DNA of 64,000 bases from Schmidtea polychroa. Taxonomy: Eukaryota. Below the pieces are notes generated by a model that worked only from the letters and a program-made list of their open reading frames with translations, was not told the origin of the DNA and ran no database searches. Both the position numbers and the translations under genes were made by a program. The stretch covers positions 155,124,001 through 155,188,000 of the forward strand of contig CM097885.1 of NCBI GenBank assembly GCA_044892525.1, given 5' to 3'. Of this stretch, positions 34,950 to 48,955 are shown piece by piece. Position 1 is the stretch's first letter. Every line of letters begins with the position of its first letter.

Positions 34950-35390
34950 CTTCCTCATAATATCAACATGTGATATCAAGGTCAATCACATGCTTGATAT
35001 CATATAACACTGCATATCGATAAGCAGGGTTAACATTTCTAGTTATGCGAACTGGATAACGGCGCATTTGTTTAATTTTTCGAATACTTGTTTCTCGAGA
35101 TTGGATAGTATATCACCCGGAATTCTTTTTACTTGTATTTTTTTTGTATTTCCTTTGAATCACACTTCCTATATTATCTCATAAAAAATAAGTCCACTGA
35201 TTCTAACTGAAATGGTCCATAGCATTTAGAAATATTAAATTGTTCATTCTCTCTTTTAACCATAACCATATCTCCGGTATCAATTTTCTGTGAATTCTTC
35301 ATTTGTCATAATGTTTTTTCTGAATAGCTTGTTTGTTTTTAATGTTTTCTAATACACATTTCTGATTTCTTTCATGTCCATTTTTCGGAA
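34950..35390 (-). mobile_element. Gypsy integrase C-terminal relic
   Basis: IDTGDMVMVK...KCYGPF (GPY/F-like motif), degraded. Confidence 0.5.
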
Positions 35391-36237
35391 ATTGTAAATT
35401 AATAATTAAAATTAATAAAATGCAAGAAGTCGCTGAAAATAAACATATTGGAAAATGCAATAAATAGAAATAATATTTAAAGATAAATTAAAATCTTTAA
35501 ATTAAAAAATTTAAATAAATTAAATAAAATAAATTACAACAAATCTGGTGGTTTATTTTATTAATTATTTGGAGGTCTTTATAACTTTAAATAAACCTTT
35601 TGCGACATATATATGTTATGTTTTGCTAGTTCCAACAGTCCTATTTTAATTGTTTTTATTTAATTAATTTGATTGTTAATTAATGGCCTTATGACCCAAC
35701 ATTATTATAAATATTCTTGCAGATTGAAACTGAATGTATCATAACATATCTATATATAACAGGGATGGGAAAACGTTTAAGTCTCATGTGCGACTTTTGA
35801 CTAGATTAATCTTTACAGTCTATCTGAGAAATTATTTGAAATATCAAAAGTGATTTCAACAGTAATCTATTTATTTTATTTAAAAACAAATTAGTAAACT
35901 ATGAATAGTAAAATTAGAAAAAATTGCTCAAATTAAAAAAAAATTATTCATCTATACTTAAGAAATCTAGTTGTATTATTAAAAATCATATAAAGTAAAA
36001 AGATATTAAAAACTAAACATTTATCAGAATCCATGAGATATTCGAACACTATCTACTCTCCAAATTGGTGATATGACATATTTGCTATTCATTTTATATT
36101 CCTGCATTGAAATACTTACAAAACAGATATATAAACAGATATATAAAACAGATATATAAATATATATATTGTAATTATGTATTAGTATATTCTAATAACT
36201 ATGTATATTATGTTTATGTATTTGTATACTTGCGTGT

Positions 36238-39120
36238 TGTAAGGAATTTGTAGGACTCGGTAGAGTCACCAGTAAAAAGTATAGGGACGACCGGAATGCT
36301 TGTATATTCAAAGACAATCAAAATATAAAATAGCCGTTAATCAATAAATACAACTTTATTATAAAAAAATAATAAAATACTTTATGATATTGTTAGGACA
36401 AAATTCAGTATACTGTTTATGATCGTTATTATAATAGTATCTGGAAAGACAATTGTCACAATGATAGTCGGAATGGGAGATCTAATGAAAATAGTAAATT
36501 ATAAAATTCACAACACGATTGGGGTCTATGAATACTGTCCAGTGTTGGATTAATATTTCTTGGATTTGTAGGTTACTTGACTTTTCTCTTTTGAAATATA
36601 GGAGGATTTCGGGTTATTGTGAAGTTGGTTTAATTATTTAGATTACTTGACTTTTCTCTATTAACATATAAGAGGATTTCGGATTATTGTGAAGTTGGTT
36701 TAATTATTTTACAATTTATAACCTTCTTATTTCTTTCAATTGATATTTTTCAATTTTTTTGATTTTTTAATTTATAATTTCTCTATAGTAAATTATTACT
36801 ATAGAGAATTACTATATAGATTATTTTTCATGGGTGGCGGGGATGTGACTCAAATAAAAAATAATTAATACAATTTATAAGTGCATTTAAAAAGTTATAT
36901 ACAACCAATTAACGCTACATTACATAACTTCCCCCTTTAAAGCCGGAGATTAACATGAATGGATAAAAAGCAATAACATTTTTACAATAACCTTTTTCTA
37001 ATTTTGTTATATGCTTATGTGTATTTTATTTTTTTTAATACAACCTGGAATAAAATTTACAATCTGTTACATATTTACAAAGGAATAAAAAACTGTACAA
37101 TTAACCTTGGTTGTGCTTATGCTCTGTTTGTGTAAGTTTTTATTTAAACCATTCACTATATTGTTTTTTTGTATGAGGGTGTGATTATTGTGTCTTTGTC
37201 GAATAGTTTAACGGAGTTTTTGTAGTTGAATGTGATGTTTTGTGGGATGGCCATGTTTTTGTTTGTTTTTGAGTTTGTGTTTTGTCTTTTGGTGGGTTGT
37301 TTTGTGGGTTTTCGTTCTGGGGGTAGGGTTTTATTCGCCTTATGTTTATTTTAATGTTGTTCTTGTTTTTAATTATTGTGGCTACGTTTTTGTTGATTTC
37401 TAGGAGTTTGCATGGATCATCGTATTTGGCTTCGAAGAAATTTGTGAATGGTTTATTTATTAGGATGAAATTTGTTGTTAAAATGCTTTTCCATTCAATT
37501 CGGATTCAGGTGTCCTTTTTAGGATTCCCTTTGGTTTCTCTTCAGTGGTTTCGCTGTTTTTGTTTGTTATTTGTTTGATGTTTTCGGTGTTTTTAGTTGT
37601 ATCTTATTTAAGTGATGGTAGACTTGTTACTTTTCCCAAAACTTTGTATGTTGGATTTTCATTATCTGTTGAGTTTGGCCTATTTCTCAGTCCGATTAGT
37701 ATTGTGGGTAGTTGATTATCCAGTTTTGATTACTGTCTTTTGTTCTGATGCTTTCTTTTATTATTCTGTGAAACCGTTCAATTTTTCCGTTTGATTATGG
37801 GTAGTAAGCTATTGTTCGGTCCCTTTTCATGTTGTATTTGTCGCAGAGTATTTTGAACATTTCTGATTCGAATTGTCTGCCTTGATCAGTTATGATTGTT
37901 TTCGGTTGGCCATAATGAGCTATCCAATTTAGTTTGATCATTTCGCAAATTTTTTTGCAGTGATTTATTTTATTGGGATCACTTCGAACCAGTTGGATTT
38001 CCTGTCTATAATTGTCAGCAGGTATTTGTAGTTGTCGTTTGGTGGTAGTTCTACCACGTCTGTGTGTATAGTTTCAAAAATCTTCGCTGGTTGGGAAGTT
38101 TACGTTTTGTGTTTTGAGTTTTATTTGTTGTTTTGTTTAATTGGCAGCTGTGGCAACTTTTTGCATGTAAGGCCAATTGTTATGTATTAGTTCGAATGTT
38201 ATTTTGTTTTCCGAGTGATTAATCTTGTGTATCTTTTCGATACAGTTTTGACGGAATTCCTTAGGGAGTAGTATTTGTTTGTTGCTTTCGTAGGAGACGT
38301 CGTACCATACTCCGTTGAGTTCTTATAGTTTTAGGCTGTGTTTAGTGGGGAGTTTGTTAATTATTTCATTTTGTTTAGATTTGATTTGATCCAATTCGAT
38401 TATCTCTTCGAATTCCAGGGAATTTATATCACTCTCGATTCTAGAAAAAGCATCTGATGCTATGTTTGATTTTCCTGCTACGTAGTTTATAGTGCATTTG
38501 AATTGTGAAATGAAGTTGATTTGTCTAATCTGCCCTGGGGAGGGGTTTTTCATTTCAATTGCATTAGTTAGTGGTTTGTGATCCATGAATATTTTGAAGG
38601 TTCTCCCTTCGAGTAAATGTTGAAAGTGTGTGATTGCTTCATGTATTGCTAGGAGTTCTCTATCGAAAGTCGACTATCTAGTTTGGTGTGACTTTAGTTT
38701 GTTTGAGAAGAATCCTAATGGTTATTTGCCAAATTTGTTTTCCTGAAAAATTACTGCGCCCATTGCGAAACCTGAACAGTCTGTTGTTAGTTGGTAATTT
38801 AGCTCTGGATCTGGGTAACCAAGTAATGTTGCCATTGAAAGAATTTCTTTGGCTTTCTCAAATGTGTTGGTTGTTTACTGTGTCCAGTTTATTGCGATTT
38901 TTTTTTGTCTTGATAATTTCATTTAGTGGTGCTAGTAGTTTATTGCAGTTTGCGATGTAAGAATGGTAAAAGTTTGCCATTCCTAGAAATCTCCTCAACT
39001 CCCTTGTGTTTATTGGCAGTTTGTAATTTATTATTTTGTTTATTTTATTTTCGATTGGTTGTGTTCCTTTGTCGTTTAGTGTGTGACCAAGGAAGTTTAT
39101 TTCTGCTTTCGGTCATTTTT
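36238..39120 (-). mobile_element. Degraded Ty3/gypsy pol (RT-RNaseH-integrase) with PPT and probable 3' LTR
   Basis: RFLGMANFY, TFDRELLAI..HFQHLLEGRTFKIFMDHKPL, ITDQGRQFES, SNGKIERFHR; PPT AAAGGGGGAAG at ~36928-36938; LTR about 36238-36927. Confidence 0.8.
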
Positions 39121-39334
39121 TAATATAATTTAACATGCTAGTTTACTTCATTAGAATTCAACTTGATGTCTCTAATTTGCTCTCGAATGACAGAGAGTGC
39201 TGTAAAAACAGATTCAGACGTGTTGTTGTTCTCTGAAAATTGAGTCAAAATCTCCAAACCTGCTTGAGCTTGTGAATACACTACAGTAAGCTTGAGTAAA
39301 TTTAAAAATATGAAAATAAAAGTTGGTTAAATAA

Positions 39335-39720
39335 ATTACAAAAATGTCATAGTCACCGATTATTTATATCAAGAAGCTAATAAAGAAAAAGATTTCAATA
39401 ATTTATTCACCAAATTAGTAGACAAATTGGTGTTACAATTATTTTTATTACACCAAATCTATTTATAAATGCGGAGCTGATCGAACACGTAATTTTAATG
39501 TACAATATTTGATTTCAAAAATTCGAGAGATGTAACTGTTATCGATTTACTTGCAAGACAAACATATGCAAATAATCATAATTTCCTTGTTGTTGCATTT
39601 CAAGATGTAACCAAAAACTCTCACGAACAAATTTTTCTCGATTTCACTCAGCAATACCCAGACAATTAAAGGGTTAGGATTGATATTATCAATAAAGAAG
39701 GAGCCATGATTTATAAATGA
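39335..39720 (+). pseudogene. Maverick/Polinton packaging ATPase C-terminal relic
   Basis: Across frameshifts: VIVTDYL..NLFTK-SRQIGVTIIFITPNLF..RTRNFNVQYL-FKNSRD..LLARQTY..FLVVAFQDVT..IFLDF..PDN*RVR. Confidence 0.65.
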
Positions 39721-40809
39721 AGTTGAAATCGACTTTTAAATAAATAATGTATCTAAAGGCGCGAATGAAGCATAAAAAGATGACTAAACAGCGAAAAATG
39801 AAAAAACAACCAAAGTTCGCCAAAGTCAAGAAAATGTTTAAAAAGAAAATGAAATTAGCCTTACCAAAAACTAGTTGCACTTCACCGAAAATGCTTGTAA
39901 CTGAGAATTCTCCAACATCGAATTTTATTTCGAATAATTTAAAAGAGAAAGCAATAAAATAAGTTAAAAATCATCGGAGCTTTCCGGTTTTCACAGGATC
40001 ACTAAAGGCTCCAAGTATGAAAAAATGAATATTTTGTCATTGATACTTTAATTGATATTTTATTAAAAGTTACCAAAGACAAGATTAAAATAAACAAATG
40101 TGAAAAGATTATTTAAAAAAGCATAAGAAACCATTATTATAATTTGTTAATTCAAAAATTAAGAAAATGTTGCACCAAATCATATATTGGGTTTATTGCT
40201 TCAATGATAACATTGGTATTATCGCTATTAGGTAGAGCAGGCTAACTAAAATCATCATAAGCAAATGGGTGCTAATCCTTCATTGTCCAATCTTAAATTA
40301 AATTTCAAATCTTCTTGTTGTAATGGAAAAGATATGGACAGACTCGAAAGACAAATATTTCTAAAGCAATAAAAATAATTATTGCAAATCATGAGTCATA
40401 GCGTGCTCACATCTACCTACTCGATAGGCCGTTTGAATCGTAACCACTATGAACTCATCTACCAATTTAAAGGTGGATGGAACACCGCAACATATAAAGG
40501 AAATTCGATTAAAAGACGCAAAGTAATGTTCGAGACAATTAATTATATGTGATTCACCAAGGGGTCAGTCAACTTGAACCTAATTGCATCATAAATTATC
40601 ATGATCAACTCTTAAACGAATAAAAATTGCAATGTTTCCTAAATAAAGTTAGTTTTAATTTATTTCTATTTTTAAGTATAACAATTAGAAAATTAAGCCA
40701 TTTTAAAGAAAAATAAAATAAAAGCCCTAAATTTTGATAATTACTAACCCAATAATATTTTTGGGTAATCGATTCTACTATTTGCCTTCATCCAGAATAT
40801 GCTGTATAA

Positions 40810-43067
40810 CAGGGGTGCCCATAAGGTCGATCGCGATCTACCGGTAGATCGCGAGGGATTTTTTAGTAGATCTTCATAAAAAAATATTTTTTATATAAAT
40901 TTAGATTTTATATAAAATTTCTGTTTTATGCTTAAATTTTTGTGTAACAAAGTGAAAAATTTTCTTAAGCTTTTTTGTTAAATTAATTTTGTTTAAAAAT
41001 GCTAAATAAAAAAGCCAAGACTTATCATTATAGCGAAGAAATGGAGAAGGAGTACTTTTTTGTAATGATTAAAGGTAAATGTTGTTGCTTAATTTGTAAA
41101 GCTACTATTTCATTACCAAAAATAGGGAATTTGGAAAGGCATTTCAAGACAATTCATAAGAATTTTGCAGTTGAATATCCACTTGACAGTGAACTACGCA
41201 AGTCTAAAATCATGGAACTGAAAACATGCATTTCTTTTCAACAGTCATTTTTTACGAAGCTAACATCCAAATCAAAGTCAGCTACAGCTGCATCTTTCCG
41301 AGTAAGCTACATTCTGGCAAAAAATAAGAAATCTTTTAGTGATGGAGTAATTGTAAAAGAAGCATTTTTAGAAGCGGCAGAATCATTATTTTGTGATTTT
41401 AAAAATAAATCAGATATAATTTCTGCTATTACTGATATGCAATTGTCCCGTAATAGAGTTACACGGAGAGTCCAAGAAATAAGTACCAATTTAAAAAATC
41501 AGTTAATGTTAGAAATAGGAAATTGTACCGCATTTTCATTGCAAGCAGACGAATCAACTGATGCGGCTGATATTTCGCAGCTTATAATTTTTATTCGAAT
41601 GGTCTTTAAAGATTTTTCTACGAAGGAAGAATTATTAACAATTATACCACTCAAAAGTAAAACTCGAGGTGAGGATATATTTCAGAATTTTAAAGCTTAT
41701 GCCAACAGCATTAAGCTCCAAATTTGTAAGCTTGTATCAATAACAACAGATGGCGCACCAGCTATGACAGGGCGTCACAACGGATTTATAGCATATTGTA
41801 GGAATGATTGTGAATTCCCAGATTTTCTTTCCTACCACTGTATTATTCATCAACAAGCCTTGTGTGCTAAAATTCTGAATATGAGAGATATTATGGAAAT
41901 AACATTCAAAATTGCTAACTCGATTCGTGCAAGAAGTCTTCAGAGACGACTTTTCAAATTACAAATTGAAGAAAGTAATAGCGAAGGTCCTGCTGAATTA
42001 CTGATGCATTCAGATGTAAGGTGGCTAAGTAGAGGAAAATTCTTACAAAGATTTAGAGATTTGCTTTCTGAGATTAAGTTGTTCCTTGCCACAAGAGGTG
42101 ATGAGTTCAAGCAATTGGAAGATGATGTTTGGCTCTTGGATTTGGCATTTTTAGTAGATATTACTGCAATTCTGAATGAATTAAATCTCGACTTACAAGG
42201 TAAGGATAAATTGATATTCGATATGATAAGTTCAATCAATGCATTTATACAAAAGCTTCATTTACTTATTACCAAAATAGAAGACAAAAATTTAAGTTAT
42301 TTTCCAAATACGTTGTCACAATTAAAAGAATCTGAAAATGTCAACTTTAATATTACGAGATATGCGGAACAGATCAAAATTTTGGTTTAAGAGTTCGAGA
42401 GACGTTTTCAAGACTTCAAGAAACTTGAAATTGTGGCTGCATTTATGTCCTTTCCGTTTAATCCAAAAATAAAACCAGAAATTGTTGCAGATTCAATTTC
42501 AACTTTGTTTAAAATGGATATCCCTATACTTGAAATGGAAATAATCACACTTCAAAATGATATCTTCATTAAATCAAGATCTTCCGAACCAAATGTATGG
42601 AAATATCTATCAGAGGATAAATATTCAAACTTGAAAAAATGCTTCGAAAATTTAGTATCATGTTTTGGTTCAACTTATATATGTGAGTCTGCATTTTCAC
42701 ATATGAAAATTATAAAGTCAAAGTACCGAGCAACATTAACAGATGACCATTTGGAATCCAGCCTAAGAAGTTGTCTTAGCACTTATATCCCAAACTACAA
42801 AAATCTAGTGGATTCAACCCAGTGTAGAGCATCAACATCGAAAAGTTCTATATAAAAATAATTTTCATTAAATTTGATTTCCTAAGTTACATTTTTTTAT
42901 AATAAATAGTTATATAGTTTAATTTTCCATATTTTGACATATATTTGTTTTATTGTGATGAATTTATTGCATTGTAGGTAAATATTATGTAAGTATTAAA
43001 AAAGTAGATCGCATACACATTTTGGATGTGAATGTAGCTCTCCTAGAAAAATGAGTGGGCACCCCTG
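40810..43067 (+). mobile_element. hAT transposon (Charlie/SPIN/Buster, GTF2IRD2-like)
   Basis: Perfect 12-bp TIR CAGGGGTGCCCA; perfect 8-bp TSD CTGTATAA (40802-40809, 43068-43075). Confidence 0.97.
40999..42855 (+). pseudogene. hAT transposase with one in-frame stop
   Basis: BED-like CLIC..NLERHFKTIH, DESTD, ITTDGAPAM, HCIIHQQAL, VRWLSRG, STYICESAFS. The two ORFs are in the same frame, separated by TAA at 42388-42390. Confidence 0.92.
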
Positions 43068-43602
43068 CTGTATAAAAATATGACATATTTTTTACCAGTT
43101 GCAATTCGTAAATTTAAATTTATTTCTAACTTTAAAATACAAAAATAACGATTATCATTTTATTCACAAATAGTTATGCACGTTTTTAAAATAACTTCTT
43201 AATTTTGGCTAATATACTAAACATTGTTTTAACTACTTATTGATTAATTCACAGTAGTAGGAATTGAAAAATGAAAACAAACTAACAATAATTAAAAGAA
43301 AAAGAAATAGTAGAATCATGCGAAATCATGATAGAAATTCCAGCCAATCAAAATTGACTTCAGCAAAATTTCACTGATATCAACCTGTTAAATTTTGAAA
43401 TGGAATTATGAGTATGTATAATAAACTTATCGAATGATATGCCTGGTAATTTTCTGTAATTGATTTCTAATAGACATTTATTGGCACTTTAAATACATTT
43501 AATTATCCTTTCTTTTCACTTTTTATAAAATACCATTAAATATTTATCGAATTAATAAAACGTTTTTACAATATAAACAAATATTAGAGATATGTGTAGA
43601 AC

Positions 43603-46205
43603 TCAAGAATCTGAAACAGGATTTGCAGGAAATGTTTGCGTTAAGATTTGCGAGATTTGTGGAGCCTTATCACTCCCGATGATATTTTGTTTCAATGGAG
43701 TCGATGATTTTAATTGCCATTGATTATTTCCAATGTAAACCATAGGATGGCATAAGACTTTATCAGGTCGAATAATGTGTCCTTCTGATAAATCTGAACA
43801 TGAAGAATCAGTTTCTATGAGAGTATGAACTTGTCCTGGCCACAATGTTTGCCCAAGACAAGACAATGAATGGTACTGAAGAAGTGCGAGTTGTGCAGCA
43901 ATAACAGCCTGTCCCCAATTTATTGATCCTGTTGGATGTTGGCTCATCATTTGCTGCTGCCAAAGTGACATTATCGTTTGATTTACTCCGGTTATACCTA
44001 TTCCTTCAATTTTAGATAGTTCTTCTTTTATAGACGGAGATGAATTTAGTGTTCCGCATTCAACATCAGGAATTTCGTCGTTGCTAATGATCTCTGAATT
44101 TCTTTCTTGCTTAATTATATTTGTCACTACAATCTCTGAATGATGTTTTGTTGAATCAGATTCATTCAAAATCCGTTCACTGCTATTGTTGTTAGATATA
44201 ACTGACCCATCAGAATGCGTACTCTATTCACAATTAATANNNNNNNNNNNNNNNNNNNNNNNNNNNNNNNNNNNNNNNNNNNNNNNNNNNNNNNNNNNNN
44301 NNNNNNNNNNNNNNNNNNNNNNNNNNNNNNNNNNNNNNNNNNNNNNNNNNNNNNNNNNNNNNNNNNNNNNNNNNNNNNNNNGGCATTAATTAAATTTTAA
44401 ACAATTAAATGATAATTTAAGACTTTTGCTGTAAATAATATATTTAATACTGTTGGGTTGCTGGGTCATTGGCGATATTTGTAATTTTAAAATTCTTACC
44501 CTGACTACAAGCGTGCTTTTAACTAATCAACAAATAACATTTGAAAACAGGAATCTTTATTGATAATCACAAATAATTTTCACTTTACACTGACACAATC
44601 AATTCAACAATCTGATCGGTGATTATATAATGCATATTATGACACTCTGTTAAGAATTGCACTCGCGTATAACACCGGGTTTGAAGGATCACTAACTACT
44701 GATTTGCTTTAACTACTCGAAATTTGAGCTGGTTGTTTTCTTTGGAGTGACGTGAATTCTACTCGCTAGACCTTTCCTTTTTGACAACTTTCTTCAAAAA
44801 TTCCAATAACTTCTGTATTTTTTCAATTAATTCTTCTCTTACAATTCTTCTCTTACAATTCTTCTCTAACAATTACTCCTTTAGCAATTCATCTCCGACA
44901 ATATTCGTATCGGTAAAGTTACACAATTCTTTTCCTACAGTTTCTGTTTTTGTTTTCTCGCAATTCTCTTTTATATAGCTCGTAAATTTGAGGTACTTGA
45001 TCTTATCTTTCTGTTTTTCCCAATCTGCCCTTGGGACACTGCACATAATTTTGTTTCACACTATCTCTGACAGCTGTCGAGATAATTTTTAATTTCCTTT
45101 TTTGTTTACCCGCCTTTTCCCTTCGAATTCGCTATCTCTGACAGGCTTTCAAGATATGCATTTCTTTCTGTTTTTTTTGGGATTTGAAATTCCTCTATCC
45201 CCTTTTGTACTTCTTAATTGATGACCTTTATTTTAATTTCTTGTTTGCTTTCTTTTGTTTGATTTTTTTCTCATTTCCCATTTCTTTTTACTTCCACTTT
45301 CTTTTCCGAGTTCCCATAAATCGTCTCGTTCGTCATGACAATTTCAAAATTGACAAGAGCTATCTTATAGTAGAAAATCTTTTCATTTGTAGTAAATATA
45401 TTATTCGCGGCAANNNNNNNNNNNNNNNNNNNNNNNNNNNNNNNNNNNNNNNNNNNNNNNNNNNNNNNNNNNNNNNNNNNNNNNNNNNNNNNNNNNNNNN
45501 NNNNNNNNNNNNNNNNNNNNNNNNNNNNNNNNNNNNNNNNNNNNNNNNNNNNNNNNNNNNNNNNTAGCAGCGTTGATTACATTTTAAATAATTTTCATTT
45601 GTATTATATATATTATTTGCATTAAAATGCTTAAATTATCATTTAATTTTTTAAAAACAATAATAATAATAATGAGAAATACCGAAATGATTTTAGCAAA
45701 TAAATAATTTTGTTACCAAAGATTCAAGTTGCTTAATATCTCCTTCATCTATACGGCCAACTGAAGAACTCTTAATTCCTTTATCCCGTATAATTCGATT
45801 GATTGACGATATACTTGGAGCCGATCTCTCTGTGCAAGCTCCTTCATCCACTAGTCTTTGTCTGATTTCCCAAGCGAAAATCTGAGGATTTTTTTCTCTA
45901 TAAGATTTTACGAGTGACACAATTTCTGGAGTTGTAACTTTAGGTTTCGAACCCCCAATTTGACCAGGATTGATAGATCCTGTTCGCGAATATCTACAAT
46001 TTTTTGTAATTATAATAGAACTAAAATCAATTATACCTATTTAAAATTTTGCTTACGCATCCATGAGATACTTGTAATTGCCTTGAAATTTCACAAGGTC
46101 TGACATTTTCCATTGCCATTTTTAAAATTTTCAACCTCAAATCTTCTGGCAATGGTCTACCATTTGTGAATACTCGACCATATTGATTGACATTTTGACC
46201 AGCTC
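43603..46205 (-). CDS. Paired-domain transcription factor, Pax-beta-like
   Basis: Exons 46037-46205, 45717-45993 and 43603-44223 (GT-AG, phase-consistent): [81 protein letters not shown]. Additional exons may lie in the N-gaps. Confidence 0.9.
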
Positions 46206-47770
46206 CTGAATTTTATTTATAATAAAGAAATTATTTATTTTAACTTATATTTCTAGTGACACTTTCAAATTTCTTGTAATAAATCACTGAAATACACATT
46301 TTTTAATGATTAAAATATTTTTACGTGTAAAATTTGATAGAACTCCTAAATTCATACTTTAAATTTTATTTAAAAAAAAATTTTAGCATCATTTCCCATT
46401 AAGTTGAAATCACCGAAATGTTTATTATCCACTGAATCTACAATACGCATAATATTTTATTATTTTCTAAAAAGTTGCAGAAAAAAGAATGTTAGGCGCA
46501 CACTGACTTCTAAATATTAATGGGAATTTTGTAAATAGAATTTCAAACGGGTACAAAATGTTTTAGGAATTTGTTTTCTTTAAATTTATTGACTGCTAAA
46601 AAGGTCTACTACACACCGAAAATCTAACAAAATTAACCGGAACTCGTTCTTACAACATTCGAAAACAATCGAATACCAAAATAATGAAAATAATCAAAAA
46701 TGGCCTAAATAAGCCGATGAAAGTTTCATTTTCATTTTTTAACATTAATATTTGTTTTAATGTTGGCAATCACAACTAACGTTCGAAGCAAGCTAGATTT
46801 TTTGGGCTCCTTATGCTTCAAAATAACTCAAAATGTCACGGAACTCATTATGAAAAATAGATCAATCTATCATAAATTCTTCTCTTCTGATATATTTTAA
46901 TTTGCAATTTCGACAATCTCATCTCTTTCCAATTATTGTTTTCTTTGTAACCAAAATTTTCAGTAATCTTTGAATTCAGCGCTTGATGAATTATTTCTGT
47001 TTTTTAAAAAAAAACTTAATATACAATCTTTTGTTAGTTTGTCAAATTTCGACAGTCCAGCTCATAACTTGATACTCCTTTTTTATACAATTGAAAAACT
47101 CTATCTAGTTTTCCGCCCAAATGTAAATTTTTTTTGATTTTTGTAAAGAATAAGAATATCTTGAGAAATTCCAAAAAAAAACTTTATTTAAGAAATTGTG
47201 GTACTATTTATAATACTCGATGTGCCGACACCAACACAATCAGCAATAGCTTATTGGGAAATAATAATCAGTGATATAATTTGATGATCCAGACAATCAA
47301 AAATAATAAATCACACATGCAGGCATTACATAATATAGGGTAAAGGTTAGGGAAATCAAATATCCCATTATAATTACATCACATTTCTATTCTTAAATTT
47401 TTAATATTAAGCCTAATATTGAACCAGCGTTTCTCAATAATGATAGCCTTCGAAGAATAATGGTTGGAAATTTATTTTGATTTAACTTCATAACATCGAC
47501 GAATTTAGTTGACAAAATGTTTCATTTATCAATGAATTTTAAATAAACTTCTTTATTATAAATTTCTTTAATTTAAATTGAAGTTACTAAATCAGTTCTT
47601 TGGTAATGTTCAATAGTTTTAAGTCATTCATTATATGATTTCAATGAAAATGTTAATCATATAAGATTGATAGAGATATAGGAAAGTTTTTTGTCAGGAG
47701 TAAAGGGGAATTTTCATTTTTGCTAGATTCTGTAGAATTTTTTTTCTTTTTCATTATGCATCCTTTAGAG

Positions 47771-48012
47771 AAATGTTTCCCACTGTGGGGCATCATACGT
47801 CAATAATTATCAACTATTCCAAATATATTTTTAATATAATATGTTCATTCACCACTAAAAAACAACTTGCATACAGCAATTTCATTGACATTTTTGCATA
47901 TTGGCAATACTGATTATCGAAGTTTGACAGCTACTTCAAAGGGGTCTGTGAGGCATATGACTTTTGAAAATATTACGGTGGGGCATAGTATAAAGAAAGT
48001 CGGGAAACACTG
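47771..48012. mobile_element. hAT MITE (242 bp)
   Basis: Degenerate TIR AAATGTTTCCCA / CGGGAAACACTG; 8-bp TSD CTTTAGAG. Confidence 0.75.
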
Positions 48013-48955
48013 CTTTAGAGACATATTAGGACTATTTTAAATTAGATTGAATAATAATCTTAGCCGAAGATTATATGAAATTGTTCAAATTTTACTATAA
48101 TAATTTAATATCATTTAATCAATATTACATTAAGTATCTCCCATGATAAAATAGATCCTGAACTTGCTAGTTTATTGAAATAATAATCTCAATAACAAAA
48201 CCTTTCACTTTGAAGTGGTAGAACGCAAGGAATCACTTAAGAATATTTTTTATAATGCCAATTTGCAATCACTTCAATACCAATTTTGACGTTCTTTTAA
48301 TAGTTCAAAATCCTTTTTTCAAAAAATACTTCAAATTCCAAGTGAATTTTTCAATATCCATGATTTTGACTTCTCTTTATTTTTATATTAAATTATAATA
48401 AATTTCTTCAATTCAATAACATTTCAACAATACATGTCTTCATTTAAAAAAATTGACAAATCCTTTTTATTTATTTGCGGTAATTTAAACAAAAACAAAT
48501 TAATTTTTAACAATAATTATTATTTTTTAAAGTCATCAGAATAATTTTGCCTCAAAATTATCCAGTGATGAAATTATCTATGATGAAATGTTATATATCG
48601 CTTTAAAGAGCAAAGAAATCCTTACAAGACGGTTTATGTTCCAACATTTTAAAATTTAATAAAATTTAATAAAATTTAATTAACACATAACACATTTGTA
48701 TGAACATTTATTTATAACATTTATAACATCATTTAAAATATCATAAAAAATTGTTATGATCATTGATCCTTATTTTGCACCATTATATTACCCCTATAAT
48801 CATCTTAGACATAAAATTTTCTAATTATTTGAGTTGACTTACATAAGATTTCGTGAAAAAACCTTGAAAATCGTAAAACATCGTATAATTTGAGTTTGAT
48901 CAACATAAAAATACCAGGAATTTTAAGGGAGGGAAATTCTCAGCAAGGAAGGGGA

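Noticed and set aside
44760-45410. Possible LINE ORF1 or gag fragment (K/E-rich, minus strand)
   Set aside because: Only compositional resemblance; no diagnostic motif
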